Below, one piece after another: positions 60,370 through 64,000 of a DNA stretch of 64,000 nt. The stretch lies in assembly GCA_030656615.1 (NCBI GenBank), contig JAUSOY010000017.1, positions 50,153 to 114,152 on the forward strand. The letters are read 5' to 3'. Positions within the stretch are counted from its first letter, which is position 1. Each line of letters starts with the position of its first letter. Below the pieces are notes generated by a model that was given only the letters and a program-made list of their open reading frames with translations, had not been told where the DNA came from and did no database searches. Made by a program: the position numbers and the translations under genes. The stretch is from Bacteroidales bacterium (GTDB lineage Bacteria; Bacteroidota; Bacteroidia; Bacteroidales; TTA-H9).

Positions 60370-60386
60370 AAATATCCGCAATTATA

Positions 60387-61436
60387 TCAAATTATCAACA
60401 TCGCATGACCATACGTGAAGAAATTGTATTTTTCTTCCACCGCAATTTTGTACGCTTTCATTAAAAAATCATAGCCTGCAAATGCCGCTGACATCATCAT
60501 CATAGGCGATTGTGGCATATGAAAGTTCGTAATTAACGCATCGGCAACGGTAAAATCATATGGGGGAAAAATGAACTTATTAGTCCAGCCGTTATAGGGT
60601 TTGATATTACCATTGATGGTAACAGCCGTTTCAAGAGCCTTCATGGTGGTGGTGCCTACGGCAATTACTTTTCTACGCTCGGTTTTAGCAAGATTTACAA
60701 TGGCCACGGCTTCATCAGAAACCATCATGTCTTCCGAATCCATTTTATGCTTTGTAAGATCTTCTACTTCTATCGTACGGAAGTTACCAAGGCCAGCGTG
60801 TAAAGTTACTTCTGCAAACTGAATGCCTTTTATCTCGAGACGTTTCATAACTTCCCTGCTAAAATGAAGTCCAGCTGTTGGAGCAGCCACTGCACCTTCG
60901 TGTTTAGCATAGATCGTTTGATAACGTTTTTCGTCATCAGGTTCTACAGCTCTTTTATGAATTTTAGGAAGAGGCATTTCTCCCAAACGTTGAATTGTTT
61001 TTTTAAATTCGTCATACGAACCATCGAATAAAAAACGGAGAGTACGCCCACGGGAGGTTGTATTATCAATAACTTCAGCCACCAATTCGTCGTTATCTCC
61101 AAAATACAATTTATTGCCAATGCGGATTTTCCGCGCCGGGTCAACTAATACATCCCATAAACGGGTTTCACGATTTAATTCCCTAAGTAGGAAAACCTCA
61201 ATTTTTGCGCCTGTTTTTTCCTTTTCACCATAAAGGCGCGCTGGAAATACTTTCGTATTATTAATTACAAAAACATCCTTATCATCAAAATAATTAATAA
61301 TGTCTTTAAAATGCAGATGTTCTATCGTTTGCTTTTTACGATTTAAGACCATCATTCGAGCATCGTCTCGATTTTCGGATGGATAGTTGGCAATGAGTTC
61401 TGAAGGCAGATTGAATTTAAACTGCGATAATTTCAT
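60387..61436 (-). CDS. queA: S-adenosylmethionine:tRNA ribosyltransferase-isomerase
   Basis: The start is set at [19 protein letters not shown] (CAT at 61434-61436). The motifs AAPTAGLHF and VGTT are present. Confidence 0.9.
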   Translation of the reverse strand: MKLSQFKFNLPSELIANYPSENRDDARMMVLNRKKQTIEHLHFKDIINYFDDKDVFVINNTKVFPARLYGEKEKTGAKIEVFLLRELNRETRLWDVLVDPARKIRIGNKLYFGDNDELVAEVIDNTTSRGRTLRFLFDGSYDEFKKTIQRLGEMPLPKIHKRAVEPDDEKRYQTIYAKHEGAVAAPTAGLHFSREVMKRLEIKGIQFAEVTLHAGLGNFRTIEVEDLTKHKMDSEDMMVSDEAVAIVNLAKTERRKVIAVGTTTMKALETAVTINGNIKPYNGWTNKFIFPPYDFTVADALITNFHMPQSPMMMMSAAFAGYDFLMKAYKIAVEEKYNFFTYGHAMLII

Positions 61437-61977
61437 CGGGTATTTATTTGGTAAATCACTTTTAGGGTTAAGCCCCTGTTTATTAGCATATTGCGTAAAA
61501 ATATAAAAAAGCGCAATTCTCGCTGCAAAACTAAGAAATCTAAGAGGCCTTGTCAAGTTAAAAATGCCTAGAAATAACCATATAATCAGGGTTTTGTTGA
61601 TGCAACCCCAAAAATCATCAAATATAAAGAATGAAGAATCATGTTTTTAAATTTAAGTAATCTGATATTCAACATACTATAATTATTTTTATATCAACAA
61701 AATGAACTATTGAATTCTAAAAACTTCTTAAAAATTAACCATGTAGTTAAAAAAATATTCGATTTTTTGTGCATTTAAACTCTGGAATGTTATTTTTGCG
61801 GTGATTTATTTGGGGGAAATACTGATATTGATTTAAATACAGGCTATAAAACTTGTTTTTTTATTATGATAAAATTGTATATTTGGCGTTCGTAGATCAT
61901 CACCAATAATAATCTAATTCTTATTTATTTGATAATCACTTTTTTGCTAATTCAATTCTAACAAACAGGTTCAAACG

Positions 61978-64000
61978 ATGAAAAAACAATTTACCTTTTT
62001 TTCTAACCTTGGAGCGATTGTAATGGTATTAGTGTTTGTAATAGCCGGCCTTGGCCTGCAAGCTCAGACCTTCAAATACACTGACAATCTTGCCAAACAG
62101 GGTTATGCTCTTACAAAATCAGATGTTAGCGGAGTCAAAATGACTTATGCTGTAACTGAATTTGACCTTGCCGATGCCATGATAAATGGCGAAGCAATGA
62201 AAGATGTACAACTTAATGGTGTATTTCTTCCCACAGACGAAGGCTATCCTAACCTTCCTTCTGATGCGAAATACATAGCAATTCCTCAGGGCTGCACACC
62301 CGTATTAAAGGTGCTTAGCCAACGGACGACTGTATACCACAATGTGAATGTTGCTCCTTCCCCCCGTCTTCCATTAGATTCGGATACAGGTCCTTTGCAT
62401 TTCGAAAAAAATCCACAGATTTATAACGACAATGCATTTTTTCCTTCGAGTGCTGTAAAACTATCGGAGATCACCCAAATCAGGGGAGTAGACGTTGTTC
62501 TTTTGGGAATTACCCCCTTTCAGTATAACCCCGTTACTAAAGACCTGATCGTTTATCAAGACATGGAAGTTGAAATCGAATTTCAGGGTGGAAATGGCCA
62601 GTTTGGCGATCCTTCATATCGTTCACGTTTTTGGGATCCCATTCTATCAGACGCTTTATACAATTTCAGCTCTTTACCCCAGATCGATTATGCTGAACAG
62701 GTAAAACAGATGAATGCGCCAACCGAAACCGAAGTTTATGAATACATCATTATCACCCCAACTGGCCAGGAATTCCAAAATTGGGCTGATACCATTCGTA
62801 AATTCCGTACCGAACAAGGTATTAAAACCGGTGTATTTACATTGACCGAAGTTGGTGGAAATACCACATCTGCTATTGAATCTTTCATCAATAACGCATA
62901 TAACACCTGGAACCCCAAACCCGCTGCTTGCTTATTACTCGGCGATTTTGGAACAGATGCTACTAAAAATGTTATTTCTCCCATTTGGGATAACTATTGT
63001 GCTTCCGATAATATCTACGCCGATGTAACCGGAAATTCTATGCCCGATGTTGTTTTCTCGCGCATAACAGCCAATACAAACGACCAGCTTCAGGTTATGG
63101 TTTCAAAATTCCTGAATTATGAACGTAATCCACCAACAAATCCTGACTTTTATAATAAACCCATTACTGCCCTTGGATGGCAAACCGAACGTTGGTTCCA
63201 GATTTGTTCTGAAACAGTTGGCGGATTTTTCAAAAACGTCCTTGGTAAGAATCCTGTCCGTATCAATGAAATTTATTCCGGAACTCCTGGATCTACCTGG
63301 TCAACGGCAACAAATACCAACACCGTATTAAATTATTTTGGTCCAAATGGACAAGGATATATTCCTTCACTTCCAAGTACTTTAGGTAACTGGTCAGGTG
63401 GTAATGCCACGATGATTAACAACGCTATCAACAGTGGTTCTTTCATCCTGCAACACCGTGACCATGGTATGGAAACCGGCTGGGGAGAACCTTCATATAC
63501 AAATGGTCATATCAACAATCTGACCAATACCGATCTGACTTTTATCATGTCCATTAACTGCCTTACAGGAAAATACAATTGGGGTGGCGAATGTTTTACT
63601 GAAAAATTCCACAGACATACAAAATTAGGTAATAATGCTGGTGCATTAGGACTGATTGCTGCCTCTGAAACATCCTACTCTTTTGTAAACGACTGTTACG
63701 TTTGGGGCGTTTATGACAACTGGTGGCCCGAATTCATGCCAACCTACGGTTCCACACCTCTTCCACGCGGAACCTTACCCTCGTTTGGGAATGCCGCTGG
63801 AAAATATTTCTTGCAGCAATCGAGCTGGCCTTATAATACTTCCAACAAACCTGTAACCTATGCCCTCTTCCATCACCATGGAGAAAGTTTCAGTGTTATA
63901 TATTCAGAAGTGCCTCAGAACCTTACTGTAAGCCATGAGCCTGAAATTAATATGACAGCTACCAGCTTTACGATAACTGCAACAGAAGGTTCAACTGTAG
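61978..64000 (+). CDS. peptidase C25 (gingipain-like cysteine protease) family protein, 3'-truncated by the window end
   Basis: I translated this by hand (it is not in the ORF track because no stop falls within the window). It begins MKKQFTFFSNLGAIVMVLVFVIAGLGLQAQ, a signal peptide. A propeptide-like region precedes YEYIIITP...LLLGDFG...ASDNIYAD...LQHRDHGMETGWGEP...MSINCLTGKY, which contains a His/Cys catalytic dyad context. Confidence 0.8.
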   Translation, partial: MKKQFTFFSNLGAIVMVLVFVIAGLGLQAQTFKYTDNLAKQGYALTKSDVSGVKMTYAVTEFDLADAMINGEAMKDVQLNGVFLPTDEGYPNLPSDAKYIAIPQGCTPVLKVLSQRTTVYHNVNVAPSPRLPLDSDTGPLHFEKNPQIYNDNAFFPSSAVKLSEITQIRGVDVVLLGITPFQYNPVTKDLIVYQDMEVEIEFQGGNGQFGDPSYRSRFWDPILSDALYNFSSLPQIDYAEQVKQMNAPTETEVYEYIIITPTGQEFQNWADTIRKFRTEQGIKTGVFTLTEVGGNTTSAIESFINNAYNTWNPKPAACLLLGDFGTDATKNVISPIWDNYCASDNIYADVTGNSMPDVVFSRITANTNDQLQVMVSKFLNYERNPPTNPDFYNKPITALGWQTERWFQICSETVGGFFKNVLGKNPVRINEIYSGTPGSTWSTATNTNTVLNYFGPNGQGYIPSLPSTLGNWSGGNATMINNAINSGSFILQHRDHGMETGWGEPSYTNGHINNLTNTDLTFIMSINCLTGKYNWGGECFTEKFHRHTKLGNNAGALGLIAASETSYSFVNDCYVWGVYDNWWPEFMPTYGSTPLPRGTLPSFGNAAGKYFLQQSSWPYNTSNKPVTYALFHHHGESFSVIYSEVPQNLTVSHEPEINMTATSFTITATEGSTV

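Noticed and set aside
1-64000. Mobile elements, prophage, CRISPR arrays, restriction-modification or other defence islands, including possible integration next to the tRNA at 8406.
   Set aside because: I recognised no integrase, transposase or recombinase-like ORFs, no direct repeats flanking the tRNA, no regularly spaced repeat array, and no obvious compositional island. The genes flanking the tRNA are ordinary (a HAD hydrolase and a SulP transporter).

Overview
This is an AT-rich chromosomal segment whose features point to a Bacteroidota genome, probably an anaerobic member of the Bacteroidia. The supporting features are recurrent TAnnTTTG -7 promoter boxes, A-rich leaders without Shine-Dalgarno sequences, gldF, T9SS-type C-terminal sorting tails, a gingipain-like C25 peptidase, indolepyruvate:ferredoxin oxidoreductase and a PPi-dependent PFK. 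About 50 genes are densely packed on both strands. Most are housekeeping: secA-pyrH-hisS, leuS, queA-ispD, asd-ribF, dusB, rfbA, cinA, corA (partial) and acpH. Among these sit surface, secreted and regulatory genes: a protein with three lamin-tail domains, an endonuclease I fused to a T9SS tail, M16, M23 and C25 peptidases, one HK/RR pair, an orphan receiver and an orphan sigma-54 activator. There is one tRNA (anticodon CAT). I saw no rRNA, CRISPR array, transposase, integrase or prophage genes. The genetic code looks standard: TGA, TAA and TAG all terminate full-length genes. The items most worth follow-up are: (1) a Met/His-rich protein with a T9SS-like tail, transcribed divergently from the two-component system; (2) a tightly coupled SRAP (YedK-like) and B12-type radical SAM gene pair, where the radical SAM motif is spaced Cx4Cx2C; (3) a surface-protein gene that stays in one frame across two in-frame TAG codons; and (4) an unexplained G+C-rich, foldable island of about 75-110 nt in a convergent intergenic region. 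All product calls rest on motifs I recognised in the supplied translations. No database search was possible, so family assignments need confirming with HMM or BLAST searches.
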